This document shows positions 8,704-18,691 of a stretch of 59,909 bases of DNA, in pieces. This DNA is from Polyangia bacterium (lineage in GTDB: Bacteria; Myxococcota_A; Polyangia; JAAYKL01): NCBI GenBank assembly GCA_050304755.1, contig JBNLED010000067.1, forward strand, positions 1 through 59,909. Reading direction: 5' to 3'. The position numbers and the translations under genes are program-made. The notes under the pieces are model-generated. The model was not told where the DNA came from, did no database searches, and saw only the letters and a program-made list of their open reading frames with translations. Numbering within the stretch: position 1 is the first letter of the stretch; every line of letters starts with the position of its first letter.

Positions 8704-10764
8704 GTGATGAGACAAGAAGACAACGACGAGACGGTCTGCGAGGACGAGCCGAGCGCGCTACGGCGGCGGGTCGAAACGCTGGAGCGCGAGCTTGCCGAGG
8801 CCCGGGCATCATCCGGACACGGTCCCTCCCCCGAAGGCGCGGATCTGTTCGACGCGGTGTTCAACGGCATCGATGTCGGCCTGTTCGTCGTGAATGTTTC
8901 CGAGGGACCGTCGTTTCGGTTCGAGGCGATCAATAGCACGCAAGAGTCCTTGATGGGCATAACGAACGATGCGGTGTCCGGTCGCGCGCCCCGCGATCTC
9001 GAATACCATTTCGGCAAGCCCGTGGTGGATCGCATCGTCGGTCTCTATATCCGTTGCGTTCGGGAACGCCGGCCCATCGAGACCCTGCTCAACATCGATT
9101 TCCCCGGCCCCGATGAGTGGTGGGTGAACCGCGTCGCGCCCCTCGTTGACAAAACGGGGGTCGTGTATCGGCTGGTGGGAACGAGCACCCGTCTCACGGA
9201 GCGGAAGCGCATAGAAGACGCGCTTCGAAAGAGCGAATCGGTGCTGCGTACGATCATCGAAAACTCGGCGGTCTCGATCGTTCTTGTAGGGCCGGACGGC
9301 GTCCCTGTCGTGGTAAATCGAGCCTTCGAACGCCTCCTCGGCTACTCGACGGACGAGTTGCGGCGGATGCCGTTTTCGGAGCTGACCCATCCGGAGGATT
9401 TCAAGGCGGAGATCGCCCTCTTCCGCGAGGTCCTCGAGGGGCGACGGGATACATACACCCTTGAGAAGAGATCCTTCCGAAAAGACGGCGCCAGCATCTG
9501 GGTGAAGGTGAGCGCGCGGGCCGTCCGTGACGACGACGGGCGGGTGACCCATCTGGTCGTGGTGGGGGAGGACATCACCCCGCGCAAGGCCGCCGAAGCG
9601 GAAAAGGCCGCCATCGAAGCCCAGTATCGGCAGTCCCACAAGATGGAGGCCGTCGGCCAGCTCGCCGGCGGCATCGCTCACGACTTCAACAACCTCCTTA
9701 CGGTAGTGACGGGTTACGCGGACATGGCCCTCCTCGAGATGAACGAGAGCGATCCCCTCCGCCGTCCGCTCAAGCAGATCCTGGACGCGGGCGACAAGGC
9801 GACCACGCTCACCCGTCAGCTGCTGGCGTTCAGCCGGAAGCAGATGTTGGATCCGAAGCCCGTCGACCTCGACCGGACCATCCGGGAGCTCGCCAAGATC
9901 CTGAAGCGGCTCATCGGCGAGAACATCCAGCTGCGCACCCACCTGGCCGGCGATTTGGGATACGTGCACGCCGATCCGAGCCAGCTGGAACAGGTCGTCA
10001 TGAACCTCGTCGTGAACGGGCGGGACGCCATGCCGGACGGGGGGGTGATTACCGTCGAGACATGTAACCTCGGAGAGATCCATATCCCGTCGGATGAAAC
10101 CGGCGGGTACGAGGGCCCCGGCGTAGCGCTCGCCGTCTCCGATACGGGGACCGGGATGTCCCCCGAGATCCAGGAGCGGGTCTTCGAGCCGTTCTTCACC
10201 ACCAAGGAGAAGGGCAAGGGGTCCGGGCTGGGGCTCGCCGTGGTCTACGGCATCGTCAAACAGAGCGCAGGCCATATCGCGGTAGAGAGCGAGCCCGGGC
10301 GGGGCACCACATTCCGCATCGTGTTCCCGCGCATCGCCGACGAAGAGATCCCCGAGGTCTCCTCCGCGTCCGCGGCCGCGGACTGGCGCGGGAACGAGAC
10401 CATCCTCGTGGTGGAGGACGAGGACTCGGTACGGGAGCTTGTCGTCACCATGCTGTCCTCGGCCGGATACACTGTGGTATCTGCCTCGAACGCCGGGGAG
10501 GCGATCCTGGAATGCGAAAAACACGCCGACGCCATCAGCCTGATGGTTACAGATATCGTCATGCCGAAGATGACCGGCGTCGAGCTGTCGGATAGGCTCG
10601 CTCGGATCTGCCCGAAGATGAAGGTGCTCTTCATGTCGGGCTACACCGAACACATGTCCATGCAAGGGGGCCTGGATCCCGAGGGGCGATACTTCATCCC
10701 CAAGCCGTTTACCGCGATGGCGATCTTGAAGAAGGTGAAGATGATCCTGAATAGGGGGGCGTGA
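8704..10764 (+). CDS. Hybrid sensor histidine kinase: PAS domains, HisKA, HATPase_c, and a C-terminal receiver (REC) domain.
   Basis: PAS-like segments occur in the N-terminal half. The H-box is GIAHDFNNLLTVVTGY. HATPase motifs include DTGTGMSPEIQERVFEPFFTTK and GSGLGLAVVYGIVKQ. The C-terminal receiver has ILVVEDEDSVRE and DIVMPKMTGVEL. Confidence 0.85.
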   Translation: MMRQEDNDETVCEDEPSALRRRVETLERELAEARASSGHGPSPEGADLFDAVFNGIDVGLFVVNVSEGPSFRFEAINSTQESLMGITNDAVSGRAPRDLEYHFGKPVVDRIVGLYIRCVRERRPIETLLNIDFPGPDEWWVNRVAPLVDKTGVVYRLVGTSTRLTERKRIEDALRKSESVLRTIIENSAVSIVLVGPDGVPVVVNRAFERLLGYSTDELRRMPFSELTHPEDFKAEIALFREVLEGRRDTYTLEKRSFRKDGASIWVKVSARAVRDDDGRVTHLVVVGEDITPRKAAEAEKAAIEAQYRQSHKMEAVGQLAGGIAHDFNNLLTVVTGYADMALLEMNESDPLRRPLKQILDAGDKATTLTRQLLAFSRKQMLDPKPVDLDRTIRELAKILKRLIGENIQLRTHLAGDLGYVHADPSQLEQVVMNLVVNGRDAMPDGGVITVETCNLGEIHIPSDETGGYEGPGVALAVSDTGTGMSPEIQERVFEPFFTTKEKGKGSGLGLAVVYGIVKQSAGHIAVESEPGRGTTFRIVFPRIADEEIPEVSSASAAADWRGNETILVVEDEDSVRELVVTMLSSAGYTVVSASNAGEAILECEKHADAISLMVTDIVMPKMTGVELSDRLARICPKMKVLFMSGYTEHMSMQGGLDPEGRYFIPKPFTAMAILKKVKMILNRGA

Positions 10765-11099
10765 TCTCCCCCATGAAACCGCAGGGCGGGATCCGGCCGG
10801 CGTCGGCGAATGAGACACCTACCTGGAAAAATAGATCTCGGAGTACCCGCCGAGTTCTGGACGCTCTATTCGCGTTGTCGCCTTTTTCGTAAAGACCCGG
10901 TTTGGACCGCACGGCTAGAACACACACGTCGCGGGGCAACCGTCGCCGTCGACGGTGTTGCCGTCGTCGCACTTCCTCGACACCTTCCCGGAGGTACCCA
11001 TCGCCGCAGCGCGCTTCCTCGCAAGTGTACAGGCAGGCCTTTTTGAAACACCCTCCTCGCGGGAGTGCCAGGGTGAGGCTCTTGAGAAAGCAGGCGGTG

Positions 11100-11131
11100 G
11101 CTCTTGAAAAAGAGGGCAGAGGCTCCTGCCG
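11100..11131 (-). terminator. Possible intrinsic terminator downstream of the 1086-aa gene.
   Basis: The minus-strand transcript would read GGCAG-GAGCCU-CUGCC (5-bp stem) followed by CUCUUUUUCAAG. The stem is short, so this is weak. Confidence 0.25.
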
Positions 11132-11145
11132 GAGAGATGGGGGTG

Positions 11146-14100
11146 TTAGTCGATATCGGGCTCGACTGGGCAGAGGTGATCCACGGCGAACTCCTGGCCG
11201 CCGATGGCGACCTGGGTCACCTCGCCCTCGAGCCGCAGGATACCGGTACCCTGGTTGATGCAGCCGAACCCTTCGCACTGTACCAGCACGCCGCCGACTT
11301 CGACCCCGTCGAGATCCTCGAGGTCGTCCGCGTTGCGGAAATCGCCATTGACCTCGAGGTTGACGTTGCCGCCAAACGCGCCGAAGGCGAGGGTGAGGCC
11401 GTGGGGGAGCACCGGGAATTCGAAGATGGCGTTGATGTTGCTGATCCGGAAATCCTGACCGGAGGCGCCGGCCGCGCCCTCGTCCGCCACCATTGCGGCG
11501 CCCTCGTCGGTCCAGGTGAGATCGAAATACTGAAATTCGTCGAAGAAGATGTCGATACCGGAGTCGTTGAGGGTGTCCCCCACCCCGTACGCGCTGTCGA
11601 GGAGGGCGTCCTCGAAGTCCAGGCAGGGGGGATCCGGGGCGACGATCTCATACCCCTCCTCGGCCACGTCGCTCGGCACCATCCGCTCGGCGACGGCGAG
11701 CGCCATGAGAACCTTGTCGTCGATCACCGGGATGCACGCGCCGGTGTAGACCGGGGACGCCGGTGTGGGAACCGTACCGTCGGTGGTGTAGTGGATCTCC
11801 GCGTCCTCGGTCTCGCATGAGAGCTCGACACACACGGAGGTGGAATGGGTCCCCCCTGCGGGATCCATCACGGGGGTCGCCGCCTTGGGCAGGGGCTCTG
11901 ACGGGCAGATGTCGTCAATGACGAACTCCTGGCCGCCGATGCTGAAGCTGTTGATGGGCCCGGTCAAATACAATGCGCCGAGTCCCCGACCGCTGCAGCC
12001 GGGACCGTCGCAGTACAGGTGGACGCCCCCGATGATCGCGTGTTGCAGGTCTATGAAGTCCTCCTCGTTTCGATGATCGCCGTTGATGTTGATATTGACG
12101 TTTCCGCCGTACTCGCCAAAGGCGATCCGCATCCCTTCCAAGAACGGAAAGTCGAAGGCCAGGTTGATATTGTTCACCCACATCTCCAGCCCGGATCCCC
12201 CGGCCATGCCGTCGGTCGACATAGTGGTGCTCCCATCGGCGGTCCATAGGTCGTTCATCCACTGAAAGGGTATTGCCTCCACATCGATTCCGGAGTCGAT
12301 GAAGACGTCCCCCACATGAAACACGTCGTCGTCCCGGCGCGCTTCGAAGTCGACGCAGGGGATCTCCGGCGTCTCGATGGTATAGGTCTCCTCGACTTCA
12401 TCGCTGTCGATCATGAGGGGATGAACCGCGACGGCGTGGAGGACCGTGTCGTCGATCACCGGGACACAGGTGCCGGTGTAGAGAAACGAAGCGGTGGAAG
12501 CCGGGGATCCGTCCCTGGAAAAATAGATGCTCGCCCCGGGTGTCTCGGTCTCCATGTGGACACACTGGGAGCTCGGGTACGCACCCCCCACCGGGTCCAT
12601 CGTCGGGGGGGCCACCTTCTCCAGGTCATCCGCCGGGCAGATATGGTCAATGACGAATTCCTGTCCACCGATGCTGAAGTCGTAGACGGCGCCGGAGAGA
12701 TGCAGGGTCCCGGTGCCCTGACCGCCGCAGCCGGCACCCTGGCAGTAGATCGCGACGCCGCCGATAAGGCTCGGCAGATTCGCGAAGTCCTCCACGTTTT
12801 GGTGGACGCCATTGACACGGATGTTGATGTTCCCCCCGAACTCGCCGAACTGTAGGGTCAATCCGTGGGGCAGGGCAGGAAGGTCGGGCGTTACATTGAT
12901 GTTGCTCACCCAGAGATCCTGTCCCGAGCCGCCGGCGTCCCCTGCGCTGCTCACCGACGCCATGCCCCCTGCCGTCCAGATGTCGTTTGACCACTGGAAC
13001 TCGGTGAAATGGACATCGTATCCGGAGTCCGTCAGCGTATCCCCCACGTGGTATTCGGTCCCCACCGCGGGCGCCTCGAAATCGATGCACGCCAACGCCG
13101 GGTGTTCGATGACATAGGCCTCCTCGGCGATGTCGCTATCAGCCATCCAGTCGTGCCTGGCGAAAGCCCGAATCACTATGTCGTCGTAAACAAAAACACA
13201 AGCACCGGTGTACAGGGTTGACAGCACTGTGGGGAGGCTCCCGTCGGTGGTGTAGTGGATCGTGGCGCCGGGGGTCGAGGTGGTGATGTTCACGCAGATG
13301 GAGGTATCATACGCGCCGCCAACGGGATCCATCTCGGGGGTCGCCACCTTCTCGAGGGGGTCTGCCGGACAGATATCGTCGACGACAAACTCCTGGCCGC
13401 CGATGCTGAAGCTTCCGATTGTCCCTGCGAGCAGCAAGCTCCCGCTCCCCTGACCGTTGCAACCGAAACCCTCGCAGTAGAGGATCGCCCCGCCGATCGT
13501 CTCTCCGTGGAGATCCTCGAAGTTATGGGCGTTTTGCTGATCGCCGTTGATACTGATATTGACGTCTCCACCAAAATCGCCGAACCGGAGTATGATCCCA
13601 TCTGACAGCTCGGGGAAATCGATTTCGACGTTGATGTTACTCAACCAGAGCTCTTGTCCTGAACCGCCGGCCTGTCCCTCGTCCCCGACCGCGGCTTGTC
13701 CCATGTTGTAAAGGGTATTGTCGCTCTGAAGAAACGGTGCAAAGCCGATATCCACCCCCGAATCCGATGTCGTATCCCCGACATGATAGATTTCATCCAA
13801 CGGGAGATCCTCGAAATCGACACATTCGGGTTCAGGTGGACTGCCGGTACCGGTGTCAACGCCGGTGTCCTCTCCGGTTCCGGTATCAAACCCGCCGGTC
13901 CCGGTATCCGTTTCTGTGTCTGTATCCGCATCTGTATCGGTGTCGGTGTCAGCGTCCGTATCCGCGTCCGTATCTGCGTCCATATCAGCATCTGTATCCG
14001 CATCCGTGTCGGCATCTGTGTCCGCATCCGTATCTGCGTCTGTGTCGGCATCCGCATCTGCGTCTGTGTCGGCATCCGTATCTGCGTCCGTGTCGGCATC

Positions 14101-14406
14101 TGTGTCGGCATCCGTATCGGCATCTGTGTCGGCATCCGTATCGGCATCCGTGTCGGCGTCCGTATCGGCATCCGTGTCGGCATCCGTATCGGCATCCGTG
14201 TCGGCATCCGTATCGGCATCCGTGTCGGCGTCCGTATCCGCATCCGTGTCGGCGTCCGTATCCGCGTCTGTGGATGTATCGTTTTCAGAACCCGCGTCGT
14301 TTTCCTCACTGTTGCGGACGTCACAGGCCGCGCCCAACAGGAGAAACAACACAGCAACGGGAATGACCCGCCAAGCTGGGTTAACGTTATTGGCTCTCAT
14401 TTTCAT
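11146..14406 (-). CDS. Large secreted or lipoprotein (1086 aa) with an N-terminal (DADT)n tract and four repeats of an unknown beta-rich domain plus a CHB_HEX_C-like domain.
   Basis: A GGAGG SD precedes the ATG at 14406. The signal peptide has LLGAAC. About 125 aa of perfect DTDA repeats follow. Four repeats of about 210 aa each start with a conserved C-x-DFE...YHVGDT...AGGSGQ(E/D)LW(V/L)SNIN...FGE(F/Y)GGN(V/I)NI...GCxGxG...FSIGGQEFV(V/I)DxICP block. Each then continues with (I/V)(H/Y)(Y/F)TTDGSxPT...YTG, which resembles the chitobiase / beta-hexosaminidase C-terminal domain. Confidence 0.7.
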   Translation of the reverse strand: MKMRANNVNPAWRVIPVAVLFLLLGAACDVRNSEENDAGSENDTSTDADTDADTDADTDADTDADTDADTDADTDADTDADTDADTDADTDADTDADTDADTDADTDADTDADTDADADADTDADTDADTDADTDADTDADMDADTDADTDADTDTDTDADTDTETDTGTGGFDTGTGEDTGVDTGTGSPPEPECVDFEDLPLDEIYHVGDTTSDSGVDIGFAPFLQSDNTLYNMGQAAVGDEGQAGGSGQELWLSNINVEIDFPELSDGIILRFGDFGGDVNISINGDQQNAHNFEDLHGETIGGAILYCEGFGCNGQGSGSLLLAGTIGSFSIGGQEFVVDDICPADPLEKVATPEMDPVGGAYDTSICVNITTSTPGATIHYTTDGSLPTVLSTLYTGACVFVYDDIVIRAFARHDWMADSDIAEEAYVIEHPALACIDFEAPAVGTEYHVGDTLTDSGYDVHFTEFQWSNDIWTAGGMASVSSAGDAGGSGQDLWVSNINVTPDLPALPHGLTLQFGEFGGNINIRVNGVHQNVEDFANLPSLIGGVAIYCQGAGCGGQGTGTLHLSGAVYDFSIGGQEFVIDHICPADDLEKVAPPTMDPVGGAYPSSQCVHMETETPGASIYFSRDGSPASTASFLYTGTCVPVIDDTVLHAVAVHPLMIDSDEVEETYTIETPEIPCVDFEARRDDDVFHVGDVFIDSGIDVEAIPFQWMNDLWTADGSTTMSTDGMAGGSGLEMWVNNINLAFDFPFLEGMRIAFGEYGGNVNININGDHRNEEDFIDLQHAIIGGVHLYCDGPGCSGRGLGALYLTGPINSFSIGGQEFVIDDICPSEPLPKAATPVMDPAGGTHSTSVCVELSCETEDAEIHYTTDGTVPTPASPVYTGACIPVIDDKVLMALAVAERMVPSDVAEEGYEIVAPDPPCLDFEDALLDSAYGVGDTLNDSGIDIFFDEFQYFDLTWTDEGAAMVADEGAAGASGQDFRISNINAIFEFPVLPHGLTLAFGAFGGNVNLEVNGDFRNADDLEDLDGVEVGGVLVQCEGFGCINQGTGILRLEGEVTQVAIGGQEFAVDHLCPVEPDID
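13890..14280. repeat. Coding microsatellite with 12-bp period (gacgccgacacg-type, reading as DTDA on the minus strand), about 390 bp.
   Basis: The near-perfect period is directly visible in lines 13921-14280 as 'gtatccgcatccgtgtcggcatcc...'. It encodes the (DADT)n tract of the 1086-aa protein. Confidence 0.75.
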
Positions 14407-15030
14407 TGCTACCTCCTCATTTAGGCAAGCTAGTTGATCTGGGCGCAGGGTTTGGAAATCCCCTGGCTATCATTGTGCTGAAAGCTCAAATGGAAGAACC
14501 GTGCCAAGCTGGACAAATTGAAGCTAGAGTATGAAATGAAAGACTTTTTTGCTTTATGGCGTTTTCGACCGCAATAGTTCTGAGGTATGGATTCAGCACC
14601 AAACTGCAACCTGTGTAACGTTACAAGATTACGCCGGTTACCGGGTGGAGCGACAAAGCAAATAACCTTCCTGACCCCCCTATACGGCACAAACTGCACC
14701 TGCCGACGATGCACAGTCTGTCCTTTGGGCAATGCCCATCCGACCCAGAAGACGTGCAGGAGTCTCTACGGCAGGTGCAGGCGTTTCAGCATGTGCGAAA
14801 GACCGAGGGCCGGGAGGCGTGTCCCGCGGGATGGGAGCCGGGCAAGCCGACCCGCAAGGTCGGACCGGATCTCGTCTGGAGAGTCTGGGAAATCTGCAAA
14901 GCGGCTGCTTTACCGACAGTTCAAGGAGCGCTATATCACCTTTGACCCCGGTGTCAGATTGGTGATTTCCGGCCGTGAAAAGAGCCCGTGCACCAGGCCT
15001 TTTTGCGTGTGGATATCGTAACGGAACGAT

Positions 15031-15834
15031 TCAGTCCGGTACGGTGGAATATCCCCTCTGCGTCCACGCCTCGATTCCTCCCTCCATCACCCATACCATC
15101 GGGTAATCGTATTCAATAAGCGTGTCGTATGCGGACTCGCTTCTCACACCCCTCCGACAGTAGAGCACGATGTGCTTGGCGGCATCCACCAGATCCAGGT
15201 TGGCTGCGAGAGTGTCCCAAGTTATCTTGAGAGAACCTTCGATGTGTCCCAAGTTATAGAAAACCTCGTCGACAACGTTTATCAGCAACATATCCTGATC
15301 GGCGGCCGTGAGGCGCTCGTACACCTCGTCGACGGTAATATACTTGCCGTCCGGCCACGGAGTAGAGACACCGGCATCCCCCTCTTTGAGAGAATCGGTG
15401 CCGACACCGGCGTCAGTCTCCGCATCGGTGACGATTTCGCTGTCCGCTGGCCTGTCCGTGTGGGAGTCCCATTCGGAGTCCGTGCCCTCACCGGAGTCTG
15501 CACCCCGGATCGTCTCTGTTTCCGTCAAGGTTTCAGAATCCCCCGAATCGGTCGTGCCCGTCTCCGAATCCGTCCCTGTGTCCGGCTGTGTGTCCCCACT
15601 GGCGGTATCCCCATCAATAGCGCGGGACTCGGTATCCCTATCAATAGCGCCGGACTCGGTATCCGGCTCCGCCCCGGATGTTCCGTCGGTGCCGTCGTCA
15701 GTGTTGCCAGTAGGAGCGTTGCTCTCCGAATCGGTTTCGGTATCGAGGGTTGGGGTCACATCGTGATTGTCCTCGGCGCATCCGCCGAGCAAAAGAAGCA
15801 GGAACGACCCAATAATGGAATAGAGATGTGCCAC
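15031..15834 (-). CDS. Lipoprotein with a long acidic Thr/Asp/Glu/Ser-rich linker and a C-terminal rhodanese (sulfurtransferase) domain.
   Basis: The signal has LLLLLGGC. Low-complexity D/T/E/S/G repeats span about aa 30-150. The C-terminus matches the rhodanese domain across ITVDEVYERL...LINVVDEVFYNLGHIEGSL...IVLYCRRGVRSESAYDTLIEYDY, including the active-site CRRGVRS loop. Confidence 0.7.
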   Translation of the reverse strand: MAHLYSIIGSFLLLLLGGCAEDNHDVTPTLDTETDSESNAPTGNTDDGTDGTSGAEPDTESGAIDRDTESRAIDGDTASGDTQPDTGTDSETGTTDSGDSETLTETETIRGADSGEGTDSEWDSHTDRPADSEIVTDAETDAGVGTDSLKEGDAGVSTPWPDGKYITVDEVYERLTAADQDMLLINVVDEVFYNLGHIEGSLKITWDTLAANLDLVDAAKHIVLYCRRGVRSESAYDTLIEYDYPMVWVMEGGIEAWTQRGYSTVPD

Positions 15835-15956
15835 GACCTTCTTTTCTTTAATCCACTCCTATTCTCATATCACCTACGCGGTCCGCTAAAAATAAAAAAA
15901 ACAGGAAAATTAGAAAAAGTAGATCATCTATTTCGAATAATGAAAAACACGGAAGC

Positions 15957-16010
15957 GAGGGGTGTAGAGTAGCCAGCAGGTTACCCGGCCAGGGCTACTC
16001 TATACCCCTC
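15957..16010. repeat. Long inverted repeat forming a hairpin (18-bp stem with one G-U, 18-nt loop); possible terminator or protein-binding palindrome.
   Basis: GAGGGGTGTAGAGTAGCC at 15957-15974 pairs with GGCTACTCTATACCCCTC at 15993-16010. It lies 14 nt downstream of the stop of the minus-strand gene 16024..17013 and about 120 nt upstream of the start of the minus-strand gene 15031..15834. Confidence 0.5.
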
Positions 16011-16023
16011 ACTTCTGCACTTC

Positions 16024-16956
16024 TTAACGGGTGACCCAGCCGAACGGCCCGTTCGGATCGAAATAGGGGGCGAGCTCGTCGAAGCGCAGAAGGTACTCCT
16101 CGGACGGCGACAGCGCTTGGATGGCGTGGGGCAGCCCGAAGTCGAACCGGAACACCAATCCGTCCTTTTTGACAAAAAAAAGCTCCAGATGTTGGGCTAG
16201 AAAATGGACCCCCTCACCGTACGTTTCTTGCATAAACTCTTCGAACTTTGCGCGATCACTCGAGTTGCTCAGGTTATTCGCGACAGCTTCCTGAAGGCGA
16301 TGGTCGACGAGGGCGGCAACGTGGGCGAGGGCATCCTCGCGGAAGATGGTCGACGCCGGCAACCGCTCGCCGTTGGTATCGAGAGTGATGTCTTTGTGCA
16401 CACTCACCGGATAGGCGCCGCCGTCGTCCTCGAGGAAAAACGTCACGCTCAAGATATCGTGATCGTCGAAGTTCACCGTTGAATCCATTTTGAATACCTG
16501 GCACTCGAAGGTGTCGTCCCCGTCGCGCTGATAGACCATCTCGCGCCAGGTCTCATCCAGAGCCCGTTGTACGCGGTCATTGCTGTCTACGACCGGCACC
16601 TCGAGAACCGGGAGACAGTTCCCCGTACAATGATCCAGCACGATGATCCTGGATTGGACGGACGGGCTCAACCGGGAGGGCGGACGCTGGTGCATCTGGG
16701 CCGCGGTCAATGTAGCCGCGTCTTTGGATTGAGAACAGACTGGTATGGGAGTCGTCATTGTATCTTCGCGCGATGGTTCTACGGAGGTTGAGCCCTGATC
16801 GCGATCTGTTGCTGCCTCTCGGGTAGACGCCGATGGTGCCGTGGGGGTCGTGACCACCGCGCGAGATGCCTCCTGCGCAGGTCTGCTTTTGGAGAGACAC
16901 GCCGTAACAAAAAACATCCCGTAACAAATAAGCCCGCTCAGCATTCGACCGCTCAT
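16024..16956 (-). CDS. Secreted or lipoprotein with a DUF3298 / RsiV-ectodomain-like C-terminal region (weak call).
   Basis: The probable start MSGRMLSGLICYGMFFVTAC (lipobox) lies inside the longer track ORF that extends to 17013. A Ser/Thr/Pro-rich linker follows. The C-terminal ~200 aa are a mixed alpha/beta region (FFLEDDGGAYPVSVHKDITLDTNGERL...) reminiscent of DUF3298 / DUF4163. Confidence 0.45.
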   Translation of the reverse strand: MSGRMLSGLICYGMFFVTACLSKSRPAQEASRAVVTTPTAPSASTREAATDRDQGSTSVEPSREDTMTTPIPVCSQSKDAATLTAAQMHQRPPSRLSPSVQSRIIVLDHCTGNCLPVLEVPVVDSNDRVQRALDETWREMVYQRDGDDTFECQVFKMDSTVNFDDHDILSVTFFLEDDGGAYPVSVHKDITLDTNGERLPASTIFREDALAHVAALVDHRLQEAVANNLSNSSDRAKFEEFMQETYGEGVHFLAQHLELFFVKKDGLVFRFDFGLPHAIQALSPSEEYLLRFDELAPYFDPNGPFGWVTR

Positions 16957-17384
16957 AGAACTTCCTCTACATTGAATTGGCGAATTTAACAACAATGCGG
17001 AATCTGAGGACATGCCGGAGCCCGCGATCTCATGATTGTTTTCTCTCGTCGGGCGAAAGGAGCCGCACCCTTCTCATTTGGGACAACCGGTCCTTCGCAG
17101 TTGGGGCACGAGTGGGTGACTGTATTCATTGCAACTCCTGAGGAAAATTGAAAATTCGTTCCTCTTCGTCGGTCAATCCTGAGCGTCTCAGCTTTGTCAA
17201 CACCCGGGGTTCCGTGGTCGGTCACAGGTCGAGTCCTTCTGTTACAGGCGCGTGGGTTCTGCCGTTGACTCTGAGTCATACCACAAAGAATCGAGCGATA
17301 GCGACAATGTTCCCCCGGCTGGACGCAATGGGTGCCATAAGAGTCAACGACCGTCTCGTGATCGCCCTTCTTCTCGGCGATCCG

Positions 17385-18542
17385 TCAGTCGGGTATCGGA
17401 AGACAAGCCGGGACGCAATCATCGCATTCCGGACAGGAGGACGTACCGCAGTCGTAGCACCTGTGACCGTTGTCGCATTCACCATCGGATTCGCATCCCG
17501 GTTCTCCCCAGGGGCGGCAGGTGACGGTATTGACGCAGCTCCAGCACCCGTCCCGCACCGCGGTGATCTCGAACGCCGGATCGCAGTCGGGCATGGGGCT
17601 TTGGCAGTCCAGGGCGGTTCCGTCATCACAGCGGGTGTTCCTGTCGGTGATGGTGATGGTCAGATCGCCGGAGCGCGGGACCGTGAACGCCGTGGAATAG
17701 CGCGCGCGTGTTCCGGCCGCGACCATCATCCCGTAGATGCCCGTGGTCTCCGGCGGATTGCACGGGATCTCCAGGGCGCACTGAACCTCATTGTAGACAT
17801 CGACGAAGGCGCGGTACGCTCCTTCGAGGGGATGGTCATCGTAATAACAGGGGCAGCCGTCCTCGCAGTGATCGGAATTCAGCTTGTAGAGATCGCCGGA
17901 CCACTCCACCTCGTAACGCTCCCCTGGGGCGATGGCGATGGTGAAGGGATAGTATTCGCACATGACGCAGCAAACCTGTGTCACAGACTCATCGCACCGG
18001 TCCATGCAGTAGGGGGGCTGCAATTCGACCTCGCCCCACTCACCGTCGTTGTACTCTCCGACCAGCGGAGCGATGCCGTCGATGTACTTCATGTTCGGCG
18101 TATCGTTGACGATGATGACGATCACCGGCGATTGGTCCACCGGTGGGGCCGTGTCCGTATCCCTATCCGAATCCGCGTCAGAATCCGCATCTGAATCCGC
18201 ATCCGTGTCCCCGTCGGTGTCCCCATCCGTATCGGTGTCCGTGTCCGTATCGGTATCAACATCCGTGTCGGTGTCCGCATCAGTATCCGCGTCGGTGTCC
18301 GCGTCTGTATCCGCGTCGGTGTCCGCGTCGGTGTCCGCGTCGGTGTCCGCGTCAGTATCCGCGTCGGTGTCCGCGTCAGTATCCGCGTCGGTGTCCGCGT
18401 CGGTGTCCGCATCCGTATCCCCGTCGGTATCTCCGTCGGCACCGCCGGTGTCGGTGTCCCCGGGCGGATCCGAAGTGTTTGATGTCCAACATCCCGCAAT
18501 AACGAGACCGATCAATAACGACCCTTTCACGAGCATGTGCAT
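17385..18542 (-). CDS. Lipoprotein with a (DTDA)n acidic tract and a C-terminal Cys-rich domain; function unknown.
   Basis: The signal and lipobox are LVIAGC. About 95 aa of DGDTD / DADTD repeats are encoded by the 12-bp-period DNA repeat at about 18160-18460. The C-terminal ~230 aa contain more than 20 Cys, including CxxC pairs. Confidence 0.6.
   Translation of the reverse strand: MHMLVKGSLLIGLVIAGCWTSNTSDPPGDTDTGGADGDTDGDTDADTDADTDADTDADTDADTDADTDADTDADTDADTDADTDADTDADTDTDVDTDTDTDTDTDGDTDGDTDADSDADSDADSDRDTDTAPPVDQSPVIVIIVNDTPNMKYIDGIAPLVGEYNDGEWGEVELQPPYCMDRCDESVTQVCCVMCEYYPFTIAIAPGERYEVEWSGDLYKLNSDHCEDGCPCYYDDHPLEGAYRAFVDVYNEVQCALEIPCNPPETTGIYGMMVAAGTRARYSTAFTVPRSGDLTITITDRNTRCDDGTALDCQSPMPDCDPAFEITAVRDGCWSCVNTVTCRPWGEPGCESDGECDNGHRCYDCGTSSCPECDDCVPACLPIPD
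18160..18460. repeat. Coding 12-bp-period microsatellite ((DxDT)n on the minus strand).
   Basis: Visible as 'gtccgcgtcggtgtccgcgtcagtatccgc...' iterations in the sequence. Confidence 0.7.
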
Positions 18543-18691
18543 GAATAACCTCCTGCCGGGTAGCCATGCAGGGGACGTGCCATCCGCCGTTCGGCGAACC
18601 GTCCGTTAAACCGACGTGACTATTAAATTTTCCACCCTGAAAAAAATCGTGTCCGGAAATGCGTCGACAAAAATAGACAGTGTAGGAAGTT

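Noticed and set aside
8219-8707. The 162-aa track ORF.
   Set aside because: It is in a different frame from the SD-preceded IS110-like start at 8389, has no motifs, and has a low-GC, atypical composition. It is most likely non-coding remnant DNA.
10930-10962. Imperfect palindrome GGCAACCGTCG...CGACGGTGTTGCC between the convergent histidine-kinase and surface-protein genes as a bidirectional terminator.
   Set aside because: The arms are interrupted by a 2-nt insertion and there is no adjacent U/T tract on either strand, so this is too weak to call.
14407-15030. Several 70-140-aa ORFs in the ~620-bp lower-GC spacer (14430..14732, 14587..15021, 14709..14945).
   Set aside because: They are mutually overlapping with no SD and odd composition. 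The region is more plausibly a promoter/leader for the 1086-aa surface-protein gene.
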